The notes under the pieces were generated by a model that worked only from the letters and a program-made list of their open reading frames with translations, did not search any database and was not told where the DNA came from. 64,000 bases of DNA from assembly GCA_016939375.1 (NCBI GenBank), contig JAFGHF010000063.1, forward strand, positions 2,119-66,118. Direction: 5' to 3'. The position numbers and the translations under genes were made by a program. Below are positions 1 to 8,476 of the stretch, in pieces. Numbering within the stretch: position 1 is the stretch's first letter; the number at the start of each line of letters is the position of its first letter. The DNA is from Candidatus Omnitrophota bacterium (lineage in GTDB: Bacteria; Omnitrophota; Gorgyraeia; JAFGHF01).

Positions 1-3000
1 CATCCTGCGTGGCTACGCCCACAGAACAATTATTCAGATGACAATGTCTTAACATCACACAACCGGATGCTACCAGAACAGCGGTACAAAAACCATATTC
101 CTGGGCTCCTAATAAAGCGGCGATGGCCACATCGCGGCCGGTACGCATCTGGCCGTCAGTCTGCAGACAGACACGCGAACGCAGGTTGTTCAATATTAAT
201 GTCTGATGGGTCTCAGAAAGCCCCAGCTCCCAAGGAAGTCCTGCATATCTAATCGAACTCTTTGGCGAGGCCCCCGTACCTCCGTCGCCTCCGGATATAA
301 GTATCATATCGGCATGGCCCTTGGCTACTCCCGCGGCGACTGTCCCCACTCCGATTTCAGAGACCAACTTTACGCTGATACGCGCTTGGGGATTTGCATT
401 CTTTAAATCAAATATCAACTGCGCCAGATCTTCGATAGAATATATATCGTGATGCGGCGGCGGTGATATCAAAGTCACCCCTTGCGTAGTATGCCTGGTG
501 CGGGCGATTATCTCACTCACTTTGTGCCCGGGAAGCTGACCCCCTTCGCCCGGCTTTGCCCCTTGGGCAATCTTGATTTGTATTTCATCGGCATTGACCA
601 AATAATTTATGGTCACACCAAATCTCCCGGAAGCGACCTGCTTTATAGCGCTTCTTCTTGAATCTCCGTTAGGAAGCGTGATAAACCTATTGGGGTCCTC
701 GCCACCTTCTCCGGTGTTGGATTTACCGCCGATCCTGTTCATGGCGATAGCGATAGTCTCATGCGCAGGGCTGCTAATCGAGCCAAAACTCATCGCCCCT
801 GTGGCAAAACGCCGCATGATATTTTCCGCCGGCTCGACCTGTTCAATAGGAATAGAATCTTTCTTTTTAAATTCAAGCAGGCTTCTTAAGGTCGTGGGGT
901 TGGCTGATTGATCGTTTATCGCCTGGGCAAATTCCTTGTATCTTTGGTAGTCATTCTTACGCGTAGCATCTTGTAACGCGACTATGCTCTGCGGGTTCCA
1001 TAGATGGAACTCTCCGTCTTTCTTCCATTGATATATACCGCCGCTAGCCAAGTAATCAACGCCTATATCCCTTTGTGGATAGGCCTGTTTGTGTCGCGAA
1101 ATAGTCTCCTGGGCGATTTCATCAAGACCTACGCCACCGATACGCGATACGGTGCCGCTGAAATATTCCTCTATCAGTTCCATATTTAACCCCAAGGCCT
1201 CGAATATCTGCGCGCCACGGTAGCTTCTTAAAGTCGATATGCCCATTTTTGATAGAATCTTCAATATACCGTCTGTTATGGCCTTTTTATAGTTTTTTAT
1301 CGCGACCTTTAAGTCTGAATCTATCTCTTTTTCATTTATCAGGTATTCTATGGCCTCGTAGGCAAGGTAAGGGTTTACGCAACCCGCCCCATAACCGAAT
1401 AAAAGCGCAAAGTGGTGCACTTCCCTGGGTTCAGCGCTTTCCACTATTATCGCTACCTGAGAACGGATATTTTTCCTCACTAGGTGCTGATGCACAGCAC
1501 TGGTAGCCAAGAGCGTGGGCAGCGCGATGTTATCTTTATCCGCTCCCCGGTCACTCAATATAATAAAGGAATAACCTTTTTCAATGGCGTATTCGGCCTC
1601 AAAGCATATCCTCTGCAAGGCCTGTCTAAAACCTTCTTTTCCTCCGCCGACATCAAAAAAGGTATATATAGTCTTGGTCTTGAAACCGTTGATGCTGATA
1701 TCGCGTATTTTTTCAAGTTCTGCGTCTGTCAAAATTGGGTTTCTCACCCTTAGCTTATGACTGTGTTTTTGCGTTTCATCCAATATATTCTGCTCCGGAC
1801 CGATAAAACTCTCCAGGCTCATCACCAGTTTCTCGCGGATAGAATCTATGGCCGGATTGGTCACCTGTGCGAAGAGTTGCTTGAAATAGTTGTATAAAAG
1901 CTGAGGCTTTTTGGACAAAAACGCATGCGGTGTATCGTTGCCCATAGAGCCTACCGGTTCTTTGCCTTCTTCGGCCTTGGGCCTGATGACCAGTTTTAGG
2001 TCTTCCCGCGTATAACCAAAAGCCTTAAGGCTGGGGATTAAATCTTGCGTCCTTTGGCTTGAGGAACTCACGCTAAGCAGTTTATCCAGATCGACCATAT
2101 TCTCTTCATTCCACTTTCCATATGGCTGGCGCGAGGACATCCTTTTCTTTATCTGCGAATCATTTACTATACAACCTGATTCTGTGTTGATAAAAAATAT
2201 TTTACCGGGCTCTAGCCTCCCGCAATGCTTGATATTCTCTGGGGCTATATCAAGGACACCCACTTCAGAGGCCATGACCACAAAATCGTCTTTGCTGACG
2301 ATATAGCGGGCAGGACGTAAGCCGTTTCTATCCAGCACCGCCCCGATATTCTTCCCGTCGGTAAAAGCGATAGCGGCCGGGCCATCCCACGGCTCCATAA
2401 AACAGGCGTGATATCTATAAAAATCTCTCAATTTTTTATCCATCAGCCCATCGTGCTCCCAGGCCGCGGGAATAAGCATCGTCATCGCGTGCTCAAGAGA
2501 CCTGCCCGAGAGGACTAAAAGCTCAAATATGTTGTCTATCGCCGCGGAATCACTTCCCCCTTCTACGATGACGGGTTTCAGTTTTTCAATATCGGTGCCG
2601 AAAAGTTCAGTGGTCAAGAGTCTTTCTCTAGCCCTAACCCAATTTATATTTCCGCGCAAGGTATTTATCTCACCGTTGTGGGCCAAAAACCTAAAGGGTT
2701 GAGCCAGGTCCCAGGTGGGAAAGGTATTGGTGCTGTAGCGCGAGTGCACCAGACAAAGAGAACTCTCTATCGAAGTATCTTTTAAGTCCAAAAAGAAGTC
2801 CTGCAGTTGAGAAGGCATCAAAAGTCCTTTATAGCTTAAGGTCCGGCCTGAGAGATTAGTGATGTAGAAAAATGATTTCTGTTCAATAGAAGATGCCCTG
2901 ACCTCGGCCTCGAGTTGCTTGCGGATGATATAGAGTTTCCTCTCAAAAGCAAGTTCGTCTTTCAATTCTTTGTCTCTTTTGATGAATACCTGCGATATAT

Positions 3001-3442
3001 AAGGCATGGTCTGGCGGGCACCGTCTCCTATCACCGAGCTCTCTATGGGGACCTCACGCCAACCCAAAAGCTGCTGGCCTTCCTGCGTGATGACTTTTTG
3101 GAAAATATCTAGGCAGGTCTTTCTCTCATTTTCATCCTGAGGTAAAAAAACAAGCCCTGTGCCATAAGATCCCAAAGCAGGTAAATCAATATGTGCCTTT
3201 TTGCATTCTTTAAATAAAAACTTATGCGGCATCTGGATGAGGATACCGGCGCCGTCTCCAGTGAGCGGGTCAGCGCCTACCGCACCGCGGTGGCTTAAAC
3301 GTCTGAGTACCTCGATCCCTTTTTTGACGATATCATAGGACTTCTTCCCTTTAATGTTACAGACGAATCCCACGCCGCAATTATCGTGCTCGAATCGCGG
3401 ATCATATAGACCCTGCTTTAGGGGGAAATGTCTGTATTTCAC
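1..3442 (-). CDS. gltB: Glutamate synthase large subunit (C-terminus runs off the window start)
   Basis: Absent from the ORF track because it is partial. Manual translation from GTG at 3442 gives [27 protein letters not shown]. Later GOGAT motifs include [32 protein letters not shown] and [13 protein letters not shown]. The GTG overlaps the upstream TGA (GTGA). Confidence 0.95.
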   Translation of the reverse strand, partial: MKYRHFPLKQGLYDPRFEHDNCGVGFVCNIKGKKSYDIVKKGIEVLRRLSHRGAVGADPLTGDGAGILIQMPHKFLFKECKKAHIDLPALGSYGTGLVFLPQDENERKTCLDIFQKVITQEGQQLLGWREVPIESSVIGDGARQTMPYISQVFIKRDKELKDELAFERKLYIIRKQLEAEVRASSIEQKSFFYITNLSGRTLSYKGLLMPSQLQDFFLDLKDTSIESSLCLVHSRYSTNTFPTWDLAQPFRFLAHNGEINTLRGNINWVRARERLLTTELFGTDIEKLKPVIVEGGSDSAAIDNIFELLVLSGRSLEHAMTMLIPAAWEHDGLMDKKLRDFYRYHACFMEPWDGPAAIAFTDGKNIGAVLDRNGLRPARYIVSKDDFVVMASEVGVLDIAPENIKHCGRLEPGKIFFINTESGCIVNDSQIKKRMSSRQPYGKWNEENMVDLDKLLSVSSSSQRTQDLIPSLKAFGYTREDLKLVIRPKAEEGKEPVGSMGNDTPHAFLSKKPQLLYNYFKQLFAQVTNPAIDSIREKLVMSLESFIGPEQNILDETQKHSHKLRVRNPILTDAELEKIRDISINGFKTKTIYTFFDVGGGKEGFRQALQRICFEAEYAIEKGYSFIILSDRGADKDNIALPTLLATSAVHQHLVRKNIRSQVAIIVESAEPREVHHFALLFGYGAGCVNPYLAYEAIEYLINEKEIDSDLKVAIKNYKKAITDGILKILSKMGISTLRSYRGAQIFEALGLNMELIEEYFSGTVSRIGGVGLDEIAQETISRHKQAYPQRDIGVDYLASGGIYQWKKDGEFHLWNPQSIVALQDATRKNDYQRYKEFAQAINDQSANPTTLRSLLEFKKKDSIPIEQVEPAENIMRRFATGAMSFGSISSPAHETIAIAMNRIGGKSNTGEGGEDPNRFITLPNGDSRRSAIKQVASGRFGVTINYLVNADEIQIKIAQGAKPGEGGQLPGHKVSEIIARTRHTTQGVTLISPPPHHDIYSIEDLAQLIFDLKNANPQARISVKLVSEIGVGTVAAGVAKGHADMILISGGDGGTGASPKSSIRYAGLPWELGLSETHQTLILNNLRSRVCLQTDGQMRTGRDVAIAALLGAQEYGFCTAVLVASGCVMLRHCHLNNCSVGVATQD

Positions 3443-3663
3443 TTTTTAAATCTCTCCACGTCAATATCGAGTTTTTGTATCTTTTTGTGCAAAGTATTAC
3501 GGTTTAGACCTAAAAGCCTTGCTGCCTGAATTTGATTGCCTTCGGTACGTTTTAAGGCCTTGCTAATAATCGCCCTTTCAATACTACTAATAGTATCGTC
3601 ATAGATATGGCCGGAGTCTACGCTGTGAAAATCTTCGTTTAACGAATCGTAAATATCATCCAT
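3439..3663 (-). CDS. Stand-alone Fis/NtrC-type helix-turn-helix protein (alternative TTG start at 3699)
   Basis: [40 protein letters not shown] matches the HTH_8 / NtrC C-terminal domain pattern. No AAA+ or receiver domain is present. Confidence 0.85.
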   Translation of the reverse strand: MDDIYDSLNEDFHSVDSGHIYDDTISSIERAIISKALKRTEGNQIQAARLLGLNRNTLHKKIQKLDIDVERFKK

Positions 3664-3671
3664 AACTAATT

Positions 3672-3688
3672 TGCCTAATTTTTGTGCA
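3672..3688. promoter_or_regulatory. Putative NtrC/Fis-type binding site
   Basis: Minus strand TGCACAAAAATTAGGCA (TGC-N11-GCA), 8 nt upstream of the HTH gene ATG at 3663. Confidence 0.4.
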
Positions 3689-3707
3689 CTCCCGGACAAA
3701 ATTTTTT

Positions 3708-3749
3708 GTAGGCCCCGCTTCTAAATAGCGGTTTTGAAGCAGGGCCTAC
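3708..3749 (-). other. Strong stem-loop downstream of glnA (possible mRNA-stabilising or attenuating hairpin)
   Basis: GTAGGCCCTGCTTC-14 nt-GAAGCGGGGCCTAC, a 14-bp stem with one G-U pair. It is followed by As rather than Us on the sense strand. Confidence 0.5.
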
Positions 3750-3760
3750 CGCTTTACTCG

Positions 3761-5092
3761 TTATAGGACCGAAAGATATTTATCCAGTTCGTATTGAGGC
3801 ACCTGGATGCGGTAATCATCCCATTCCTTCTTTTTAAGTTGTATAAACCTGGGGAATATATGCTCTCCCAGTGTCTTTTTGACCAGGGCGCTGTCTTCGG
3901 TTATGGCAATGGCATGGCCCAGTGAATCGGGTAAGGTCTCGATGCCTTGGGTCCTTCTCTCCTCGGCGCTTAAGTGGTATAGGTTTTGCTCCATCGGCTT
4001 AGGTACTTTGTATTTTTTCTCTATGCCTTCCAAGCCGGCTTGAAGCATAGCGGCAAATGTAAGGTAAGGATTGCACGCCGGGTCACAGGCTCTAAATTCG
4101 CAGCGCGTGGCTTTTTCTTGACCGGGATGATAAAGCGGTACGCGTATAAGCGCGCTTCTGTTCCTGCGGCTCCAGGCCACATATACCGGGGCTTCATATC
4201 CGGGGACTAACCTCTTGTACGAGTTTGTGGTCTGGGCAAATATGGAACATATCTCCTTGGAATGTTTCAAGAGGCCCGCGATATAATACTGGGCTGTGCT
4301 TGAGAGAAAGTCTTTGGACTTGGCATCGAAAAAGGCATTTTTACTTCCTTTAAAAAGCGACTGGTGTGTATGCATGCCGGAACCGTTTTCGCCAAAAATA
4401 GGTTTGGGCATAAAAGTGGCATATACGCCGAACTTGCTGGCTATTTCTTTTACGACTACCCTGTAGGTGATTACGTTATCGGCCATCTCCAAGGCGTCTT
4501 TATAACGCATATCGACTTCGTGCTGTGAAGGGGCGACCTCATGGTGGGAATATTCCACATCGATGCCCATTTTCTCAAGGGCTAATACCGTCTCTCTTCT
4601 TAAATCGCTGGCTACATCTAAGGTAGTAAGGTCAAAGTAACCACCTTTATCCAGTATGTCCGCAGAATTATCGGCCTTGAAATAGAAAAATTCGAGCTCG
4701 GGACCCAGATAATAATGGTCAAAACCCATCTTCTCTGCCCTCTCCAGTGCCCGCTTGAGCACATACCGTGGGTCGCCTTCGTAAGGGGTCTTATCCGGGT
4801 TTAATATATCGCAGATCATTCTGCCCACAGCTTTTTCTTTGGGCCGCCAGGGCAGAATCTGAAAAGTATCCGGATCGGGCATAGCAATCATATCCGATTC
4901 CTCTATATCCTGATAACCGGTGATAGAGGAGCCGTCAAAGCCCATGCCGTTTTCCAGAGCACCCTCCAACTCCTTATCGGTGATGGAGAAGCTCTTTACC
5001 CTGCCTAAGACGTCGGTAAACCACAGACGTATAAATTTGACATCCTTCTCCTTTGCCAGCTTTAAAATATCCTGTTTTGTTTTCTTTGCCAT
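3761..5092 (-). CDS. glnA: Glutamine synthetase type I
   Basis: FDGSSI, GPELEFF, HHEVAPSQHE, TFMPKP, NGSGMH, YKRLVPGYEAP and NRSALIRVP motifs. Confidence 0.97.
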   Translation of the reverse strand: MAKKTKQDILKLAKEKDVKFIRLWFTDVLGRVKSFSITDKELEGALENGMGFDGSSITGYQDIEESDMIAMPDPDTFQILPWRPKEKAVGRMICDILNPDKTPYEGDPRYVLKRALERAEKMGFDHYYLGPELEFFYFKADNSADILDKGGYFDLTTLDVASDLRRETVLALEKMGIDVEYSHHEVAPSQHEVDMRYKDALEMADNVITYRVVVKEIASKFGVYATFMPKPIFGENGSGMHTHQSLFKGSKNAFFDAKSKDFLSSTAQYYIAGLLKHSKEICSIFAQTTNSYKRLVPGYEAPVYVAWSRRNRSALIRVPLYHPGQEKATRCEFRACDPACNPYLTFAAMLQAGLEGIEKKYKVPKPMEQNLYHLSAEERRTQGIETLPDSLGHAIAITEDSALVKKTLGEHIFPRFIQLKKKEWDDYRIQVPQYELDKYLSVL

Positions 5093-5125
5093 TTTAGTCC
5101 TCCTGTTTTAATAAATATTAGACAT

Positions 5126-5165
5126 AAAAAAAGACGTTCTTATCTCTTTAAGAACGTCTTTGTCC
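5126..5165 (-). terminator. Leader intrinsic terminator of glnA overlapped by an ANTAR-type hairpin
   Basis: Sense strand GAC-AAAGAC-GTT hexaloop overlaps the 5' arm of AAAGACGTTCTT-AAAGAGAT-AAGAACGTCTTT followed by a T-tract. Confidence 0.8.
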
Positions 5166-5180
5166 TTTTCACCTTGTGCT

Positions 5181-5197
5181 TGCACAAACTTTGTGCA
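5181..5197. promoter_or_regulatory. Palindrome TGCAC-N7-GTGCA in the glnA leader (NtrC-box-like DNA site and/or first ANTAR hairpin)
   Basis: Minus strand TGCACAAAGTTTGTGCA. Confidence 0.5.
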
Positions 5198-5229
5198 GTT
5201 ATTTACACAATTATCTCTTCCACCATTGA

Positions 5230-5258
5230 TAAGTAAAAAATCGCCTCTTTTGGTAACC
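5230..5258 (-). promoter_or_regulatory. Putative alternative-sigma promoter for glnA (repeat copy 2)
   Basis: GGTTACCAAAAGAGGCGATTTTTTACTTA, 28/29 identical to 6990-7018. Confidence 0.65.
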
Positions 5259-5275
5259 TTCTTTTTCAAAAAAAT

Positions 5276-5617
5276 TTATCCTATGGCCTGCCCGCCGCTT
5301 TGGCCTGTTCTGATCCTGATGCATTCGGGTAGGTCCAGAATAAATATCTTACCATCGCCAATCTGGCCAGTCTTGGCCCCTTTTATGATGGCATCAATGG
5401 TCGGCTGGACAAAATCCTCATTTACCGCTATCTCTAACCTTACTTTTTTCAACAAGTTAACTTCATGTATGACCCCTCTATAGGTCTCTGTATAGCCCTT
5501 TTGCTGGCCGCAGCCCAAGGCATTGGTAACAGTCATCTTAAAGACTTCGGCATCATATAGGGCCGCCTTTACATCGGGTAGTTTATGGGGTTGTATCATT
5601 GCAATTATTAGTTTCAC
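5276..5617 (-). CDS. glnK: Nitrogen regulatory protein P-II
   Basis: [11 protein letters not shown]-loop, [10 protein letters not shown] and RIRTG motifs; directly downstream of amtB. Confidence 0.93.
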   Translation of the reverse strand: MKLIIAMIQPHKLPDVKAALYDAEVFKMTVTNALGCGQQKGYTETYRGVIHEVNLLKKVRLEIAVNEDFVQPTIDAIIKGAKTGQIGDGKIFILDLPECIRIRTGQSGGQAIG

Positions 5618-5632
5618 GGCATCCTCCTTAAC

Positions 5633-6892
5633 CTATTGTGTAGTAAAGACTTGAAATCCGGAATAGGACTCCATCCCATGTTGACTAAGGTCCAACCCTT
5701 TCAACTCCTCTTCTCTGGAAACCCTTAGGCCTACTGACTTATCAATCATCTTAAACACAAAAAACATCACGCTGAGCACAAATACAACAACACTGAATAC
5801 GCCCAACGCCTGTACTCCCAGCTGGGTGAACCCTCCACCATGAAAAAGTCCGTCTCTGGCCAAACCCAATGCCTTACGGCCAAAAATACCCACAGCCAAT
5901 GTACCCCATATACCATTCATCGCATGTACCGGCACCGCTCCCACAGGATCGTCTACTAATACCTTATCAAGAAATACAGTTCCCAAAACTACGATTATAC
6001 CGGCTATAGCGCCAATAATCATAGCCTCATAAGGCATGACAAAGGCACAAGGTGCAGTTATCGCTACCAATCCCGCCAATGCCCCGTTCATGGTCATGGT
6101 TAAGTCCGGTTTTCCGAACTTACGCCAGGCAAAAAACATAGCCACTAGCCCCCCGCTGGCCGCAGCCAGATTTGTGGTAATAGCCACATGGGCGATTTGG
6201 CTTCCGTCGCCTACGCTAAGCGTAGAACCGGGATTAAATCCAAACCAGGCAAACCATAAAATCAGTGTCCCTAAAGAGGCTAAGGACATGGAATGTCCGG
6301 CAATAGCATTGGCTGAGCCGTCCTTATTAAACTTGCCGATTCTGGGACCAAGAATTATTGTTCCCATCAAGGCCGCACAACCTCCCACTGCATGCACAAC
6401 GGTGGAGCCGGCAAAATCAGCAAAATCAAGACCGGCCAACCAACCGCCGCCCCAAATCCAGTGTCCTACTAAAGGATAGACGGTCGCGGAAATAATGAAA
6501 GAATACAACAAATATGCGGGAAACTTCATTCTCTCTGCCACGCCACCGGCAACAATAGTCGCTGCCGCCCCGCAGAATACCGCGTGAAAAAACCAATTGG
6601 CGTACAACGGAAGGTCATTATGCGCCACGGTTCCGTTTAGAAACCATCCTGAAAAACCCATAAAGGCGTTTCCGCTACCGAACATTATGGCATAGCCAAA
6701 CATAAAAAAGCCCAATGAGGCCATGCAGAAATCTAAAAAGTTATTCATTAACACGTTACAGGCGTTTTTGGTCCTGATTAAACCCGCTTCAAGCATGCCA
6801 AAACCAGCTTGCATTATAAAGACCATAAACGCCGCAATCATCACCCAAAGCGTGTCAATCCCTACTTTACTAGCATAAATTACGTTTTCCAC
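5633..6892 (-). CDS. amtB: Ammonium transporter
   Basis: MQAGFGMLEAG, GGVAER, DFAGSTVVH, GWFGFN-like AWFGFNPGS and DDPVGAVPVH motifs. GTG at 6892 follows an AAGGAG ribosome-binding site. Confidence 0.95.
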   Translation of the reverse strand: MENVIYASKVGIDTLWVMIAAFMVFIMQAGFGMLEAGLIRTKNACNVLMNNFLDFCMASLGFFMFGYAIMFGSGNAFMGFSGWFLNGTVAHNDLPLYANWFFHAVFCGAAATIVAGGVAERMKFPAYLLYSFIISATVYPLVGHWIWGGGWLAGLDFADFAGSTVVHAVGGCAALMGTIILGPRIGKFNKDGSANAIAGHSMSLASLGTLILWFAWFGFNPGSTLSVGDGSQIAHVAITTNLAAASGGLVAMFFAWRKFGKPDLTMTMNGALAGLVAITAPCAFVMPYEAMIIGAIAGIIVVLGTVFLDKVLVDDPVGAVPVHAMNGIWGTLAVGIFGRKALGLARDGLFHGGGFTQLGVQALGVFSVVVFVLSVMFFVFKMIDKSVGLRVSREEELKGLDLSQHGMESYSGFQVFTTQ

Positions 6893-6914
6893 CTTACTTC
6901 TCCTTTCCAAAAAC

Positions 6915-6971
6915 AAAAAGGGCGTCTTTTCTTAAAAAACGCCCTTGTTAAAAACACTACTCTGTGCTTTT
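6915..6971 (-). promoter_or_regulatory. ANTAR dual-hairpin element plus overlapping terminator in the amtB leader
   Basis: P1 GCAC-AGAGTA-GTGT and P2 AAC-AAGGGC-GTT both have A1/G4 hexaloops. P2 overlaps the terminator AAGGGCGTTTTT...AAAGACGCCCTT-TTTG. Confidence 0.85.
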
Positions 6972-6989
6972 TCTCTATCTACACTCTAT

Positions 6990-7018
6990 TAAGTAAAAAA
7001 TCACCTCTTTTGGTAACC
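6990..7018 (-). promoter_or_regulatory. Putative alternative-sigma promoter for amtB-glnK (repeat copy 1), overlapping the sigma gene 3' end
   Basis: GGTTACCAAAAGAGGTGATTTTTTACTTA. Confidence 0.65.
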
Positions 7019-7516
7019 CTTCTTGCGCCATTTTTTAATCATATTCTTTTTATATTTAAGGACCATGACGTGTGAAATGCTCATTTCATCGGCAATCTGG
7101 CGCACAGTATAGCCTTTAAGAAGATATGAGAGGACTGTCCTTTCCTTTTCAGTTAAGCCTGTCTTCTTTATCTCATCGACTGTGATCTTATCTTCAACGC
7201 TCGAGCCAAAGGGGAGCTTTTTGTCCTCGATGATATCGCCTAATGTAAGGCCCCCGGGAGTAATAACCTCATCGAGGCTGGAAAATATTGCCTTGGGCCT
7301 TCCTTTTCTTAAGAAATTCTTTATGTGAAACTCGCAGGCTTTGATCACATAGGCCTCGTTTTTTCCTATTGGCAGACCTTGGCCGTAATTTTGCCATAAA
7401 AAAATACACATCTCCTGATAGAGGTCCTCTTCAGAATAGAAGCCATAGAGCAGGTTTTTTCTGGCAATATGCTTAAGAACAGGTGTTATTTTATCCAGCA
7501 ATATCCTAAAATCCAT
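7001..7516 (-). CDS. Sigma-70 family (ECF/SigH-like) RNA polymerase sigma factor
   Basis: Region 2-like EEDLYQEMCIFLW and region 4 HTH LTEKERTVL...GYTVRQIADEMSISHVMV; 171 aa. Confidence 0.85.
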   Translation of the reverse strand: MDFRILLDKITPVLKHIARKNLLYGFYSEEDLYQEMCIFLWQNYGQGLPIGKNEAYVIKACEFHIKNFLRKGRPKAIFSSLDEVITPGGLTLGDIIEDKKLPFGSSVEDKITVDEIKKTGLTEKERTVLSYLLKGYTVRQIADEMSISHVMVLKYKKNMIKKWRKKGYQKR

Positions 7517-7537
7517 CTTTTTTTGCCCTTTATATAG

Positions 7538-7641
7538 AAAAAGGGCGTCTTAAAGCCAAAGCATGGCTTCAAACGCCCTTGTTTGTACAAAAAAAGACGT
7601 TCTAAGAAGAACGTCTATGTTCCGGGCACATCTATGTGCCC
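7538..7641 (-). promoter_or_regulatory. Tandem ANTAR-controlled attenuator (three hexaloop hairpins, two terminators) in the sigma gene leader
   Basis: GGGCAC-ATAGAT-GTGCCC (7624-7641). AAC-ATAGAC-GTT (7610-7621) overlaps terminator 1 (7589-7616). AAAC-AAGGGC-GTTT (7571-7584) overlaps terminator 2 (7538-7580). Confidence 0.85.
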
Positions 7642-7651
7642 TTCATCTATG

Positions 7652-7680
7652 AGTATAGCACAATATTAGGGTGCGGTCAA
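7652..7680 (-). promoter_or_regulatory. Housekeeping sigma70 promoter of the sigma-factor gene
   Basis: TTGACC-17 nt-TATACT with an extended TG. Confidence 0.75.
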
Positions 7681-7681
7681 C

Positions 7682-8407
7682 TCATTTTTTATAAGATTTT
7701 TTCATCTCCTCGGCCAATATTATGGCCTCTGATACATCACGCATGCTCTTTCTGCTGTCCATGCTGTATTTCCTTAAGCGCTGGTATGCCTGTTTCTCCG
7801 TTAAGCGCTCCTGCTCCATTATGATGCCCTTGGCCTTCTCAATAGATTTTCTTGCTTCCAGCTCTTCCTTGATAACCTTGGACTCCACTACCAGCCTAAA
7901 ATTCTCGATTACGATAGCGGCCTGATTGGCAATCGACTTTAAGGCATTTATCTCATTTTTGCTGAATTCATGTGGTTTAGAGGTATAGCTATTTAATACG
8001 CCTATGGGCTTTCCTTTAAATATTAGCGGCACACATAATAATGAACAAAGCTTCTCTTTTTTGGCAATGCTGGTATTAATATAATCTTTATCTTTACGCA
8101 CATCGGTCACGGTAATCGGCTTTCCCTCTTTAGCTACTTTGCCGGCAATGCCATTGCCTATCTTGATATTCGGCTTCTTGTTATATGCCTCACTGACCGA
8201 TTGAGTGGCCTTGACCTCCAATTCCTGCGTTTTTTTGTTTAATAACATTATAGAGCAGATTTTAGAGCTCATCACCTCGGCAGTTACAGTGACAATAAGT
8301 TTGAGCACATCGTCCAAGTAGGAATCCGAGGCTATAGCCTCACCTATCTTGGCTAATGCCTGGATTATATGCTTGGGATCACATATTTGTTTATTTTCCC
8401 TTGCCAT
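7682..8407 (-). CDS. GAF and ANTAR domain-containing RNA-binding antiterminator
   Basis: GAF motifs (GNGIAGKVA, SLLCVPL, IGVLNSY) and a C-terminal ANTAR domain RKSIEKAKGIIM...EKQAYQRLRKYSMDSRKSMRDVSEAII. Confidence 0.93.
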   Translation of the reverse strand: MARENKQICDPKHIIQALAKIGEAIASDSYLDDVLKLIVTVTAEVMSSKICSIMLLNKKTQELEVKATQSVSEAYNKKPNIKIGNGIAGKVAKEGKPITVTDVRKDKDYINTSIAKKEKLCSLLCVPLIFKGKPIGVLNSYTSKPHEFSKNEINALKSIANQAAIVIENFRLVVESKVIKEELEARKSIEKAKGIIMEQERLTEKQAYQRLRKYSMDSRKSMRDVSEAIILAEEMKKSYKK

Positions 8408-8430
8408 GTCTCTTGGTTTCCTTAATAACC

Positions 8431-8459
8431 CTTATATCAAATCGCTATGGGCAAGTCAA
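8431..8459 (-). promoter_or_regulatory. Sigma70 promoter of the GAF-ANTAR gene
   Basis: TTGACT-17 nt-TATAAG with an extended TG. Confidence 0.6.
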
Positions 8460-8476
8460 TATCTATAAATATGACG

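Noticed and set aside
67-3112. Short plus-strand ORFs in the ORF track
   Set aside because: They are antisense shadows of gltB, which occupies 1-3442 on the minus strand. The same applies to most short opposite-strand ORFs across the window.
3708-3749. Hairpin after glnA as an intrinsic terminator
   Set aside because: There is no U-tract on the sense strand (it is followed by As), so it is kept only as a structural element.
5160-7075. Plus-strand ORFs 5160-5483 and 6809-7075 sharing the peptide SKKSPLLVT
   Set aside because: The shared peptide is only the antisense translation of the 29-bp DNA repeat, and both ORFs overlap real minus-strand genes.
5230-7641. Repeats and hairpins considered as a CRISPR array or a metabolite riboswitch
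   Set aside because: There is no regular repeat-spacer periodicity and no cas genes. The structures fit ANTAR hairpins plus terminators better.
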